Notes: generated from the sequence alone by a model not told the origin. Counted from the stretch's first letter, positions 17,437-27,095 are shown. The stretch is DNA of 64,000 nt from Chloroflexota bacterium (GCA_022562155.1 JADFPV010000002.1:9712-73711), one strand, 5' to 3'. Program-made: numbers and translations.

Positions 17437-18792
17437 ATGGATATCGAGCAGGTCGAGCGGCTGATCGGTGAGAAGAGCATCGAGGTGGTGCGCGTTGGCG
17501 GCGCCGACATGGACGGCGTCTTCCGCGGCAAACGCATCCTCAGCGAGCACTTCCTGAAGAGCCTTCGTGGTGAAGGCTTGGCGCAGTGCGACGTGATCTT
17601 CGGCTGGGACGTCCAGGAAGAGCTGATCGACGGTCTCGAAGTAGGTAGCGCCGACGGTGGCTTCGCGGACATCATCATGAAACCTGACCTCTCGACGTTT
17701 CGGGCTGTCCCGTGGGAAGCGGGCGCCGCAGCCGTTGTATGCGACTACGAAACGGTAGACGGCGGGCCGCTTGGTGTTTCGCCGAGGCAGGTGCTGCGCC
17801 GTGTCATCGATCGCCTCGCGAAAGCGGGCTACCAGGCAAAGATGGCGCTCGAACTGGAGATGCGGCTTTTTCGCGAGGACCAACAGTCGTTGCGTAGGAA
17901 GAGCTTCGGCGATCTAGAGCCGCTCAGCCCCGGCGACAACTGCTACAGCATCCATCACGCGAGTCTGGACGAGGACGTTCTAGGCGCGATCCGCAAAGCG
18001 ATGGTCGATTACGGCGTGCCCATCGAGGGGTACAACCGCGAGCACGGCGAAGGCATGTATGAGATGAACATCCAGTACGCGGATGCGCTGACGGCGGCCG
18101 ACTACGCGATGCTCTACAAGAGCGGAGCGAAGGAGGTGGCGGCAGCGGCCGGGATCGCGCTGACGTTCATGGCAAAGTACAGCGACCGCGTCGATGGCTG
18201 TAGCGGGCATCTCCACCAAAGCTTGTGGTCGCAGGACGGCCGGAACGTATTTTGGGACGCGGATGGCCCGCATCATACGTCGGAACTGATGCGCTCTTAT
18301 ACGGCAGGCGTGCTGGCGACGATGCCCGAGCTGATGTTGATGTACGCGCCGAACGTGAACTCCTACAAGCGGCTGGTGCCCGGGAGCTGGGCTCCTACGA
18401 CGGCGACATGGGGTATCGACAACCGCACGGCTGCGCTCCGGCTCCTCACAGGCAATGAGACCGGCTGCCGGATCGAGAATCGCGTGCCGGGCGCGGACGT
18501 GAACGCCTATCTTGGCTTTGCCGCGGCGCTAGCGGGCGGACTGCACGGCATCGAACGCGGGCTGGAGTGCCCACCGCCCGTCGATGGCGACGCGTACAAG
18601 GCATTGGAGGCTCCGCCGCTACCGAAGACGCTTGCGGAGGCGGTGTCGCTCTTTCAGGAGAGCGCCGTCGCTCGGGAGTACTTCGGGGACGAGTTCGTCG
18701 AGCATTACGCGCGTATGCGGACGTGGGAGGTCGAGCGTTACCAGGAGGCCGTGACTGACTGGGAGCGGCGGCGCTACTTCGAACAGGTGTAG
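17437..18792 (+). CDS. Glutamine synthetase family protein (GlnA-like gamma-glutamyl ligase, type I variant)
   Basis: The N-terminal beta-grasp region and the catalytic domain are recognisably of the GS fold (...NSYKRLVPGSWAPT...). Start at the ATG at 17437, after GGAGGA. Confidence 0.75.
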   Translation: MDIEQVERLIGEKSIEVVRVGGADMDGVFRGKRILSEHFLKSLRGEGLAQCDVIFGWDVQEELIDGLEVGSADGGFADIIMKPDLSTFRAVPWEAGAAAVVCDYETVDGGPLGVSPRQVLRRVIDRLAKAGYQAKMALELEMRLFREDQQSLRRKSFGDLEPLSPGDNCYSIHHASLDEDVLGAIRKAMVDYGVPIEGYNREHGEGMYEMNIQYADALTAADYAMLYKSGAKEVAAAAGIALTFMAKYSDRVDGCSGHLHQSLWSQDGRNVFWDADGPHHTSELMRSYTAGVLATMPELMLMYAPNVNSYKRLVPGSWAPTTATWGIDNRTAALRLLTGNETGCRIENRVPGADVNAYLGFAAALAGGLHGIERGLECPPPVDGDAYKALEAPPLPKTLAEAVSLFQESAVAREYFGDEFVEHYARMRTWEVERYQEAVTDWERRRYFEQV

Positions 18793-18836
18793 GTAGCCCA
18801 TTTGGCCCTGAGTAGGACGCGGCGGAGAGTGGGAAG

Positions 18837-19610
18837 ATGCAATTCGACATTCGGCAGCTTAAGTGGCTGCTCACCAGAGACCCAGAGAGAGCCCCTGACC
18901 TGGACGCGGTGGCGGCAACCGGCTTTGGGCCTTTGGAGCAGGACGAGTTCGATTCGCTGCTGGCAGACCTGGGGATCCAAGTGTCCGTGCTTGATGAGGC
19001 CACTGAGGTTCTCGTTGTCGGTCGCGATGGTTGGGCGAGGAAGCAGATCACGGAGGTTCTGGATGGGCGGTCCGGCCAACACTTCCGGATCTACTCGCAG
19101 GAGATGTTCTTCGCCTATCTGGTCTCGGGTGAGGATCCGCTAAACGATGAGGAGGGCGACATTCGTGACCTCTGGGGCGATCACGCGGCTCTGCAGTTCC
19201 TGGAGCAAGTGGGTTTCAAGTGGCCAACAACAGAGGTAGGTGATCGCGGAAGCGGGACAATCCATGTTGACCTAGAGGTCGGATATCTCAAGTACTGCGG
19301 GTATACGGTTGGGAAGTACGGGCTCCCTGTCCACGAGCGGCGTCGTCTGCTCGAGAAAAGCGCGTATTTCGGCGATGTGCCAGGTGTCTTCCCTGCGTCA
19401 TACATGGGTGAATGGGGACGGCCGGGCTCCGCAATGCGGCTGCAGAAGATGGCCGGAACTATCGCAAACTTGTGCAAGAACAGTAAGAAGAGGCGCAATC
19501 CTGCATATCGTCGCGCGATTGAGGAATGGGAAGCTGACTTATCATGGTTGAAGAAGACCTTCTACGACGGACGATACATCTTCAGCTGGCCATCAACGGA
19601 GGTCTGGTAG
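18837..19610 (+). CDS. Hypothetical protein (orphan, no recognisable domain; GC lower than surroundings)
   Basis: A 257-aa ORF with a protein-like composition. Its GC is visibly lower (about 57%) than the flanking genes. Its stop TAG at 19608-19610 directly abuts the convergent stop of the next gene at 19611-19613. Confidence 0.5.
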   Translation: MQFDIRQLKWLLTRDPERAPDLDAVAATGFGPLEQDEFDSLLADLGIQVSVLDEATEVLVVGRDGWARKQITEVLDGRSGQHFRIYSQEMFFAYLVSGEDPLNDEEGDIRDLWGDHAALQFLEQVGFKWPTTEVGDRGSGTIHVDLEVGYLKYCGYTVGKYGLPVHERRRLLEKSAYFGDVPGVFPASYMGEWGRPGSAMRLQKMAGTIANLCKNSKKRRNPAYRRAIEEWEADLSWLKKTFYDGRYIFSWPSTEVW

Positions 19611-21125
19611 CTAGATCAGCTCATCCCTGAACCACTCACCAAATCTCTCCCCGATCATGATCGTGGGGATGTTGATGTTGGCGCGGGGGACGGCCGGCAT
19701 GATGCTGGCGTCCGCGACGAAGAGCCCCTCGACGCCGTAGACGCGGCCGTGCTGGTCGACGACGGCGCCTTCGTCGTCCTCCGGGCCCATGGGAGCGGTG
19801 CTGCACGGGTGGTAGCCGGAGCCGCAGGCGCGACGCGCCCAGTCGCGGAGTAGGTCGCGGTCCTCAATGACGTCTTGTCGCGGCCAGACGATTCGTTCTG
19901 TGACGGCCTTGATCTCGGGCGTCTCGGTCATCTTTAGGGCGATGCCGATACCTTCCATCATGCGCTCTTCGTCCCACTCATCGTTGAGGAAGTCGGACTG
20001 GATCTTCGGCTGGGCGTATGGGTCGGCGTCCTCGAAGAGGAGGCGGCCATAGCCTCGCGGCTGCTCGACGACGGGCGCGAGACCGACCAGCAGGTCATCG
20101 GGCTCGCCCCGCTGGACGAACGAGATCGGCTCGAGCTGCATGTCGTTCTCGTGATCGCTGCCTTTGGCGGTGTAGCGCAGCGTCGTTTGGATGATGGGCT
20201 GGTCCATGTCGGCGATGCCGGGTTTCGGGATTAGGCTGATCAGCGTCGCCGGGTGGTCGTAGAGCCGGGCGCCGACGGGCGCCTCACGCTCGACCGTGAT
20301 ACTGAGGCGCTCGAGTACGTCGCGCGGCCCAATGCCAGAGCGAACCAAGATGGGCGGGCTCTGAATCGATCCGGCGCAAAGCACGATGCGATTGCCGTCG
20401 ATCGTCTCGCGCACACCGTCCGTCTCGACCTCGATGCCAGTCGCCTTGCCGCCCGAGACAACCACGCGTACGACGTGCGTGTCCGGCCGGATTTCCAGAT
20501 TCGCCCTCTTGCGCGCCGGCATCAAGTAGGCAAGAGCGGTGCTGATGCGGAGCCGGCCACGCTTGTTCATCGGGTGCGGGCCGTAGCCTGTCGTCGATGG
20601 GTCGTTGTGATCCGGGCACTTAGGGAAGCCCATCGTTTCGCAGGCGTCGAGGAAGGCTTGCTGGAACGGGACGAGGTCGTCAGGCCGATGGATGGTGATC
20701 GGTCCGTCGGCGCCGTGCAGATCGTTCTGTATGTCCTGGTCGGTCTCCAGGCGTTTGAAGGCGGGCAGGCACTTCTCCCAGGACCATTCGGGCAGGCCCA
20801 TTGCGGCCCATTCGTCGTAGTCGCCGGGCTGGCCTCGCAAGGCGATCGCGGTGTTGACGGCGGAGGAGCCGCCGGTGACCTTACCGCGCGGAAGCGGGAC
20901 GTTGCCGCTGTTGCCCGCTGTCGGCTGGTAGCGGAAACGCCAGTCGTGCTTGAACACGGAGTTGTGGTTGCCGTTCTGGAGGTCTTCCGGGAGCGAGGCC
21001 TGGTCCGGGTAGTCGGGGCCGGCCTCGATGAGGAGGACACGCTGCTTCGCGTCCTCCGTGACGCGCGCTGCGATGACAGCGCCGGCGGAGCCAGCACCGA
21101 CGACGATTAGATCGTAGTCAGACAT
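19611..21125 (-). CDS. GMC-family FAD-dependent oxidoreductase (choline dehydrogenase-like)
   Basis: N-terminus YDLIVVGAGSAGAVIAARV...VLLIEAGPD is the FAD-binding fold. A C-terminal GMC signature region is present. 504 aa. Confidence 0.85.
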   Translation of the reverse strand: MSDYDLIVVGAGSAGAVIAARVTEDAKQRVLLIEAGPDYPDQASLPEDLQNGNHNSVFKHDWRFRYQPTAGNSGNVPLPRGKVTGGSSAVNTAIALRGQPGDYDEWAAMGLPEWSWEKCLPAFKRLETDQDIQNDLHGADGPITIHRPDDLVPFQQAFLDACETMGFPKCPDHNDPSTTGYGPHPMNKRGRLRISTALAYLMPARKRANLEIRPDTHVVRVVVSGGKATGIEVETDGVRETIDGNRIVLCAGSIQSPPILVRSGIGPRDVLERLSITVEREAPVGARLYDHPATLISLIPKPGIADMDQPIIQTTLRYTAKGSDHENDMQLEPISFVQRGEPDDLLVGLAPVVEQPRGYGRLLFEDADPYAQPKIQSDFLNDEWDEERMMEGIGIALKMTETPEIKAVTERIVWPRQDVIEDRDLLRDWARRACGSGYHPCSTAPMGPEDDEGAVVDQHGRVYGVEGLFVADASIMPAVPRANINIPTIMIGERFGEWFRDELI

Positions 21126-21192
21126 TCATCTCCACTTACCCTTCTAGCCGGGCTGTGGATTCTAGCACAGGACGTATTGATCCAGCGAAGAG

Positions 21193-23955
21193 CTAGCCGC
21201 CGGCTGCCGAGAGCAGCCCGGCGATGTCGTGCTTAGCATCGAGGATGCCGGCCCAGAGGTCGCCGATGTCGTCGAGGCGGCCGGGCGCGGTGAGTATGGT
21301 GAAGTCGGTCGGATAGATGTTCTCCAGTTCGTCCCACGCGACGGGCATCGAGACGGGTGCCGCGGGAAGGGCTCGCGGCGAGTAGATCGACGCGAGCGTC
21401 TTACCGCGAACGTTCTGGTTGTGGTCGAAGAAGATCTTGCCGGTGCGCTTGTCGACGGACCACTCCATCGTGAGGTCTTTAGGGTGGGCCTGGAGGACGA
21501 ACTTGCCAATCGTCTCGCAGGCCGCGCGCGTCTCGTCGCTGGTGAGCTGTCGGAGAATGGGGACGTAGATATGAAGGCCTGTCTTGCCGGTCGTCTTCAC
21601 GAACGACGAGAGGGAGAGCGAGTCGAGGACGTCCTTGAGCCAGAGTGCTACCTCCCGTGTCTTGGCGAAGGCCCTCTTGTTGAGCTCCGGCTCCTCGCCG
21701 GGCTTCTCCTTGCCGGAGTAGATGTACGGGTCGAGGTCGATGACGATGAAGTCGGGGTAGTTGAGCAACGAAGACTCGATCTGCTCTCGAGAACCTGTGA
21801 AGGTGTCCGACAGATGCCGGCCGTCCGGCTCGGGGCTGGTGCGCGCGTACCAGGTGTGAAGCTCAAGGTCGGCGAGCTGGCCGAGCCAGAGTAGTGTGGC
21901 CAGGTTGTTGCAGAGGACATACTCTTGGTCGCCGTCGTTGTGGCTCGAGTAGAGCGGGACGAGGTCGACATACTCCGGCGGCTTGTCCGCGATGTGCTTC
22001 TGGTAGAAGTGGGACTTCGTAATGCCGTTTGGATAGCGGACGAGCGTTAAGGGGCGGTCGCGGAGGTGGGGAAGCAAGTATGGCGCGACGCGAGCGAGGT
22101 AGACGAGGTAGTCTCGCTTCGTGAGCGCGCGGTTCTTGCCCTCAGCATGCCACAGCTCCTTGTCGAGGTTGGTGACCGAGATCTTGTAGGGGCCGACCTT
22201 GAGCAGGAACTTGTCCTTCTTCGATTCGAGCTGGTCGAGGACGCTATCGATTTCGAAGTTGAGCGTGTCATCGACGGGCTCGGGCGCAAAGCGCTCGATC
22301 TCCACGACGCGAACCTGTTCGGGTGGCTTATCGTCTCGGAGGCGGAGGAAGACGGGCGCGCGCAGGTTGCCATCCGCCGTCCATTCGGCGAACTTGACCT
22401 CAGCGACGAGCGCCGGCTTCACCCACGTCGTGGCGCCCTTCTGCGGAGGTTCCTCTGAGAACGGGTTACGCTTGCGGGTGATCCTATCGAGCTGCTTGCG
22501 GATGCCGGTCAAAAGGCCGTCTGTGAACCCGCTGCCCACGTGGCCCGCGTACAGGAGCGTGCCGTCATCGTCGTAGCGACCGAGGAGCAGTGCACCAAAG
22601 GTGTCGGAGCGGCCGCCCTGGCCCTCGCTGAAGCCGCCCACGATGAAGTCGTCCGTGAGCGTGGCCTTGATCTTGAGCCAGTCTCGCGAGCGTTTGCCCG
22701 GCTCGTACACGCTTTCCATACGCTTAGCGACGATGCCTTCGAGTCCGAGCCGGCGTGCGGCTTCGTACGCAGCCTCTCCCTCTTCGTCGAAGTGATCGAG
22801 AAGGAGGATGCGGTCGGATGGCAGCAGCGCTCGCTCCAGTAGCGCCTTTCGAGCCGAGAGCGGGCACTTCGTGAGTTCGTATCCCTCAAGGTAAGGAATG
22901 TCGAACGCGTAGAAGAGAATGGGGATCTCGGCCTCCGCGTTCCTGATGTCCGTGTCGCGCGAGAGATTTAGCCGCTGCTGCAGCAGCCCGAATGAAGGCC
23001 GGCCGTCTTCGTCGATTGCGACGATCTCGCCGTCGAACACGGCGTTGGTCACGGGCTGCGCCGCGAGTTCTTGAACGAGGTAGGGATACTGTTCTGTGAC
23101 ATCCAGGCCGTTCCGGCTTAGCAGCTTGACCTCGCCGTCCCGGATGAGTGCGATTGTGCGCACCCCGTCGAGCTTCGGCTCGAAGAGCCAGCGAGGATCG
23201 GAGAACGCTGCATCGGCCGGATGGGCGTTCATCGGTGCGAACTTGGACGGGAACTTGGCCGATTTCGCTCGCGGCGTGTCCTCCGGCGCGAGGATCACGT
23301 CCGCGGTCGAACGATCGGGCAACCGGCTGGCCTTGATGTCGTCGATGGTGAGCGCGGAGATGACCGACGCGTCTTCTTCCAGGATGTCGCGCTCTTCGTC
23401 GGCTGCGGCGCCGCGATGCTTGATGAGGAGCCACTCCGTCTCGCTGTTCGACAGTTTGACGAGGGTCCAAGAGCCCTTCACTTTGGTACCGCGCAACGTG
23501 ATTGAGAGTTTGCCGGCTTCGATCTCCTCGCGCACGCGGCGCTCGGCCTCCGCACGGTCGTGGAAAGAAAGCTCCCCGCCTTCGTCTGGGCTATAGGTGC
23601 CGTTGTCCCAGACGATGACCTGGCCCGCGCCGTACTCGCCCTTGGGGATAACGCCTTCGAACGTGCCGTAGTCGAACGGATGGTCCTCAACCATCACGGC
23701 GAGCCGTTTTTCATTGTTGTCGAGGGCTGGGCCTTTGGGGACGGACCAGGACTTGAGGACGCCGTCCAGCTCCAGACGGAAGTCGTAATGCAGGCGGCTG
23801 GCGTCGTGCTTCTGGATGAGAAACGTGAGCGGACCTGTGCGTCCCCGGGGCTTCGTGGCCGGAGGCTCAGGTGTCAGCTCAAAGTCACGCTTGTCCTGAT
23901 ACTTAGCGAGGCCGGACGAGTCGTTCGAATTGGGCGATTTCTTGGCGCGCGGCAT
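21193..23955 (-). CDS. ligD: Multifunctional DNA ligase D (phosphoesterase - ATP-dependent ligase - polymerase/primase order)
   Basis: N-terminal PE domain (RDFELTPEP...LHYDFRLELDGVLKSWSVPKGP). Central ligase with motif I EPKLDGVR. C-terminal LigD Pol domain (...VRYPNGITKSHFYQKH...). 920 aa. Confidence 0.9.
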   Translation of the reverse strand: MPRAKKSPNSNDSSGLAKYQDKRDFELTPEPPATKPRGRTGPLTFLIQKHDASRLHYDFRLELDGVLKSWSVPKGPALDNNEKRLAVMVEDHPFDYGTFEGVIPKGEYGAGQVIVWDNGTYSPDEGGELSFHDRAEAERRVREEIEAGKLSITLRGTKVKGSWTLVKLSNSETEWLLIKHRGAAADEERDILEEDASVISALTIDDIKASRLPDRSTADVILAPEDTPRAKSAKFPSKFAPMNAHPADAAFSDPRWLFEPKLDGVRTIALIRDGEVKLLSRNGLDVTEQYPYLVQELAAQPVTNAVFDGEIVAIDEDGRPSFGLLQQRLNLSRDTDIRNAEAEIPILFYAFDIPYLEGYELTKCPLSARKALLERALLPSDRILLLDHFDEEGEAAYEAARRLGLEGIVAKRMESVYEPGKRSRDWLKIKATLTDDFIVGGFSEGQGGRSDTFGALLLGRYDDDGTLLYAGHVGSGFTDGLLTGIRKQLDRITRKRNPFSEEPPQKGATTWVKPALVAEVKFAEWTADGNLRAPVFLRLRDDKPPEQVRVVEIERFAPEPVDDTLNFEIDSVLDQLESKKDKFLLKVGPYKISVTNLDKELWHAEGKNRALTKRDYLVYLARVAPYLLPHLRDRPLTLVRYPNGITKSHFYQKHIADKPPEYVDLVPLYSSHNDGDQEYVLCNNLATLLWLGQLADLELHTWYARTSPEPDGRHLSDTFTGSREQIESSLLNYPDFIVIDLDPYIYSGKEKPGEEPELNKRAFAKTREVALWLKDVLDSLSLSSFVKTTGKTGLHIYVPILRQLTSDETRAACETIGKFVLQAHPKDLTMEWSVDKRTGKIFFDHNQNVRGKTLASIYSPRALPAAPVSMPVAWDELENIYPTDFTILTAPGRLDDIGDLWAGILDAKHDIAGLLSAAGG

Positions 23956-23991
23956 GAAGAACCGCCGTCTCCGATTAGGTGCGAGCCCGCG

Positions 23992-24816
23992 TCATCCCGC
24001 GGCAGCCTTGCGTTGCCGACCCGCGCGTTTCGGCGCTGCTGAGTCCTTCTTATCCTTGGCGGCTTCGACGCTCGCCTTGAGCGCCGCCATGAGGTCGATC
24101 ACCTTGCCCTTTTTGGGGGCGGGCGCCTGCATGATCTCTGCGCCTTCTAGCTTGGCCTCGATAATCTGGGAGAGCGCGCCGCGATATCCGTCCGTGTACT
24201 TCTCGGGTTCGAACTTGTCGAGCATTAGGTCGATGAGCGACATCGCCATCTGCAGCTCCTTCTTAGAAACCTTGATGTCGGGTTTCTCCACAGGGTCTTG
24301 GACGCGGATCTCATCCGGATAGAATAGGGTCTCCAGCATCAGCCGTCCGTTATGGGGGCGCAGCGCGCAGAGTTGTTCTTTGTTGCGGATTGCCACCTTG
24401 GCGACCGCCGTGAGCTTCTTCTCCTCGAGGGCGTCCATCAACAGCGCGAATGGCTTGATGCCGGTCTCCTCCGGCTCCAAGTAGTAGCTGTGTTCGTAGT
24501 AGACGGGGTCGATCTCCTCAGCCTTGACGAAGGCAGATAGTTCGATCGTGTGCTTGCTGGCCAGAGGGAGCTTGGAGAAATCCTCGTCGGTCAGGACAAC
24601 GTGCTGCTCTTTGGCGTGCTCGAAGCCCTTCACGAGTTCGCTGAATTCAACAGTGCGCTCGCAGGTGGGGCACCAACGCTGCTGCTTCAGGCGGCCGCCG
24701 CACTCAGCATGGAGCTGCCGGAACGCGATGTCCTTGTTCTCCGTGGCGCCGAACAGCTTGACGGGGATGCTAATCATCCCAAAGCTGACGGCGCCCTTCC
24801 AGATCGATCGTGGCAT
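23992..24816 (-). CDS. ku: Ku protein (end-joining DNA end-binding protein) with a Lys-rich C-terminal tail
   Basis: MPRSIWKGAVSFGMISIPVKLFGA is the canonical bacterial Ku N-terminus. It lies 36 bp upstream of ligD in the same orientation. Confidence 0.9.
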   Translation of the reverse strand: MPRSIWKGAVSFGMISIPVKLFGATENKDIAFRQLHAECGGRLKQQRWCPTCERTVEFSELVKGFEHAKEQHVVLTDEDFSKLPLASKHTIELSAFVKAEEIDPVYYEHSYYLEPEETGIKPFALLMDALEEKKLTAVAKVAIRNKEQLCALRPHNGRLMLETLFYPDEIRVQDPVEKPDIKVSKKELQMAMSLIDLMLDKFEPEKYTDGYRGALSQIIEAKLEGAEIMQAPAPKKGKVIDLMAALKASVEAAKDKKDSAAPKRAGRQRKAAAG

Positions 24817-24989
24817 GTGTGGCCTCCTCCCCTGCGAAACGAGGCCCGGAATTCTTCGTTACCGAGTCCTTACAGTCGCCGGGGATGTGAGTGTTGGATA
24901 GCACATTATGGAAAACTGATCAACGATTTGACACTTTTGAGAGCGGAAATGGGCGGAATTTAGGGGAAAACCCTAGCCGGAGGGGTGGC

Positions 24990-25982
24990 TCAGAGCTGGA
25001 CGCACTCCGACGCAGGGATGTCAGGCCGGGGCGCAACGAAGAGCGGGAAGCGCAACATGCCGCCATGCCATTGGGCGTAGCGGACGTGGCACGCTAGCTC
25101 CGGTTGGCACCAGTGGATCAGTTTGGGCACAATCGGCGTTTCTGGGAACGGACAGACTTCGGTGTGGAGCGGCGTGAGCAGATCGAGGAGCAGTTGGGCC
25201 TCTCGAGGGCTGCAGCCGACGCTCACCTCGCCGACGAAGAGCAGCTTGCCTCCTCTGTAGGTGCCAAGCAGCAGCGTGGCGATCGGCTCTTTCGTCCGCC
25301 CGCCGCCGAAGCTGTAGCCGCCGACCACAAAGTTGTCGGCTTGAGACGCCCGTATTTCCTGCCAAGCGCCTGAGCGCTCGCCGGGCAGGTACGGGCTCCA
25401 GCGGTCCTTTGCGATGACGCCCTCCAGGTGGTGGCTCACGACGGCGTCGAAGAAGGCGATGCCGTCCGCCTCGATGAAGTCGGCGATCTGGATGACGCGA
25501 TGGGTCGCGAGGTGTTCATGAAGCAGGTTGCGTCTCTCGAAGAGCGGCCGGCTGGTGAGGGAGATCCCGTCGAGTTCGAGGAGGTCGAAGACCTGGTACA
25601 TGATGGGTGATCGCCGCCGCCGCGAGACGGTTTCATCGGGTTGTAGGAGCCTCGGCCGCAACAATTCCGATGACGGGATCGTGTCGGCGCCCCAGGCGAT
25701 AATCTCGCCGTCAACGACGGCCGACTTGGCACGGAGGCAGTCCGAAAGCACGGAGAGCTCTGGATATAGCGGTGTGAGGTCTCGGAGATTGCGGCCTTGG
25801 AGCCGTAGCTTGCCGTCGTCGACCTCGGCAATCGTGCGGACGCCGCCCCACTTCACTTCGAATATATGGTCGGGGGAGTCGAACGGTTCTTCTACGATTG
25901 TGGCGAGCATGGGGCGAAGCTGGCCCGCCTTGCGGGGCTCCAGCGCGACCGGGGGTTCGGCCGTACGGGGAGCGGCTCTCAT
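24990..25982 (-). CDS. Stand-alone ATP-dependent DNA ligase (LigD-ligase-domain-only/LigC-like) with a non-canonical motif I, KWGGVR
   Basis: ...PMLATIVEEPFDSPDHIFEVKWGGVRTIAEVDDGKLRLQGRNLRDLTPLYPEL... I verified the codons on the DNA: TTCGAAGTGAAGTGGGGCGGCGTC is the reverse complement of 25838-25861. 330 aa. Confidence 0.8.
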   Translation of the reverse strand: MRAAPRTAEPPVALEPRKAGQLRPMLATIVEEPFDSPDHIFEVKWGGVRTIAEVDDGKLRLQGRNLRDLTPLYPELSVLSDCLRAKSAVVDGEIIAWGADTIPSSELLRPRLLQPDETVSRRRRSPIMYQVFDLLELDGISLTSRPLFERRNLLHEHLATHRVIQIADFIEADGIAFFDAVVSHHLEGVIAKDRWSPYLPGERSGAWQEIRASQADNFVVGGYSFGGGRTKEPIATLLLGTYRGGKLLFVGEVSVGCSPREAQLLLDLLTPLHTEVCPFPETPIVPKLIHWCQPELACHVRYAQWHGGMLRFPLFVAPRPDIPASECVQL

Positions 25983-26187
25983 GCCTAATGAGACAGTATC
26001 ACTCTGGCCGCTTGGGTCAAGCTTTTTCTGTGATTCACGATGGCGCTTAATTGTGTTCTGCCGAGTTGGTACTCCACGGAGAGACCTGGCATTGGCTACT
26101 CAGACCCAGCCGCTCCTCTGGAATCTGCGTCGCAAACCGTGTTGCTACTGCCACAGTGGTACGCCGCGCTGAGCTCTGGTGCGGCTA

Positions 26188-27090
26188 TTAGACTCCCAGT
26201 AGGTTCTTGAGACTTGCGGCGTTGGCTACGCCCTGGTCTTCCGCTTTGGTGCTGAAGCTTAGGTAGAGCGAGTCTGACTCGGCTCGGAGCTGCTCGATGC
26301 GGGGCAGCCACTCAGAAAGCTCTTCGTCCGAGTAGAGCCAGTCGAAACGCTCTACTGTGGACACCTTCTTGTCCTCCCAGCGTTTCGCGTTGCGCCCGCG
26401 GAAACGCACGGCTGAGGTCGACGCTGTTACTGCCACAGTGGGTGGGAAGCTCGATTTGAGACCCACCGGTTCGTCTACGCAGACGAAGCCGCACCTGAGG
26501 TCGCGGAGCAGGCCGAAGGTCGAAGCCGCGCTTTCGTCGTCATCCACCCAGAGCCGGTTGCGGAACTCGACGATCACTTCGTCGTCAGGAAGACGCTCGC
26601 GGGCGTGGGCGATGTATTCTCGATTCGCGCTGGAGGGCACCCACCACGGCGGAAAGTCGATGAGGATGGCACCCAGCTTGCCTGCCTCTCGCATTGGCTT
26701 GAGGGCGCCGCGAAAGATGCCCCATAACTCGTCGCTGACTTCAGGCGGGATGTCCTTGTAGTAGGTGCGGGCTTTCTCGCGGACCTTCTCCGGCAGAGCC
26801 GCATGAAAGCTCTTAGGTATTGACGAAAGCCGTGTAGGATGCTGCGTAAAGAGCGCGAAGGTCTTGACGTTGAATCTGAAGCTGTCCGGCACGGAGTCCG
26901 ACCAGCGCTGGATATTCTTCTTGGAGGGTAGGGCGTAGTAGGTGCTGTCTATTTCCGCGAAGTTGAAATGCTTCGAGTAGTACTCAAGGCGCGCGGACGT
27001 GTCTTTCACCTCCTCCGGATAGAACCGGCCGGAATCGGCGAGAGTCTTCTCAGCCCAGGACGACGTGCCGATGAACGGTTCGGCGGCCAT
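26188..27090 (-). CDS. DUF72 family protein (YecE-like)
   Basis: FIGTSSWAEKTLADSGRFYPEEVKDTSARLEYYSKHFNFAEIDSTYYALP matches the DUF72 N-terminal signature. Confidence 0.75.
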   Translation of the reverse strand: MAAEPFIGTSSWAEKTLADSGRFYPEEVKDTSARLEYYSKHFNFAEIDSTYYALPSKKNIQRWSDSVPDSFRFNVKTFALFTQHPTRLSSIPKSFHAALPEKVREKARTYYKDIPPEVSDELWGIFRGALKPMREAGKLGAILIDFPPWWVPSSANREYIAHARERLPDDEVIVEFRNRLWVDDDESAASTFGLLRDLRCGFVCVDEPVGLKSSFPPTVAVTASTSAVRFRGRNAKRWEDKKVSTVERFDWLYSDEELSEWLPRIEQLRAESDSLYLSFSTKAEDQGVANAASLKNLLGV

Positions 27091-27095
27091 GTGAG

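Noticed and set aside
20253-21110. 285-aa plus-strand ORF
   Set aside because: It is antisense to the GMC oxidoreductase. The translation is Arg/Ala/Val-rich.
24817-24989. SOS box or LexA operator upstream of ku
   Set aside because: The only candidate, GAAACG-N17-CGTTAC, fits neither the actinobacterial TCGAAC-N4-GTTCGA box nor the Cheo box GAAC-N4-GTTC. The region is just somewhat AT-richer promoter DNA.
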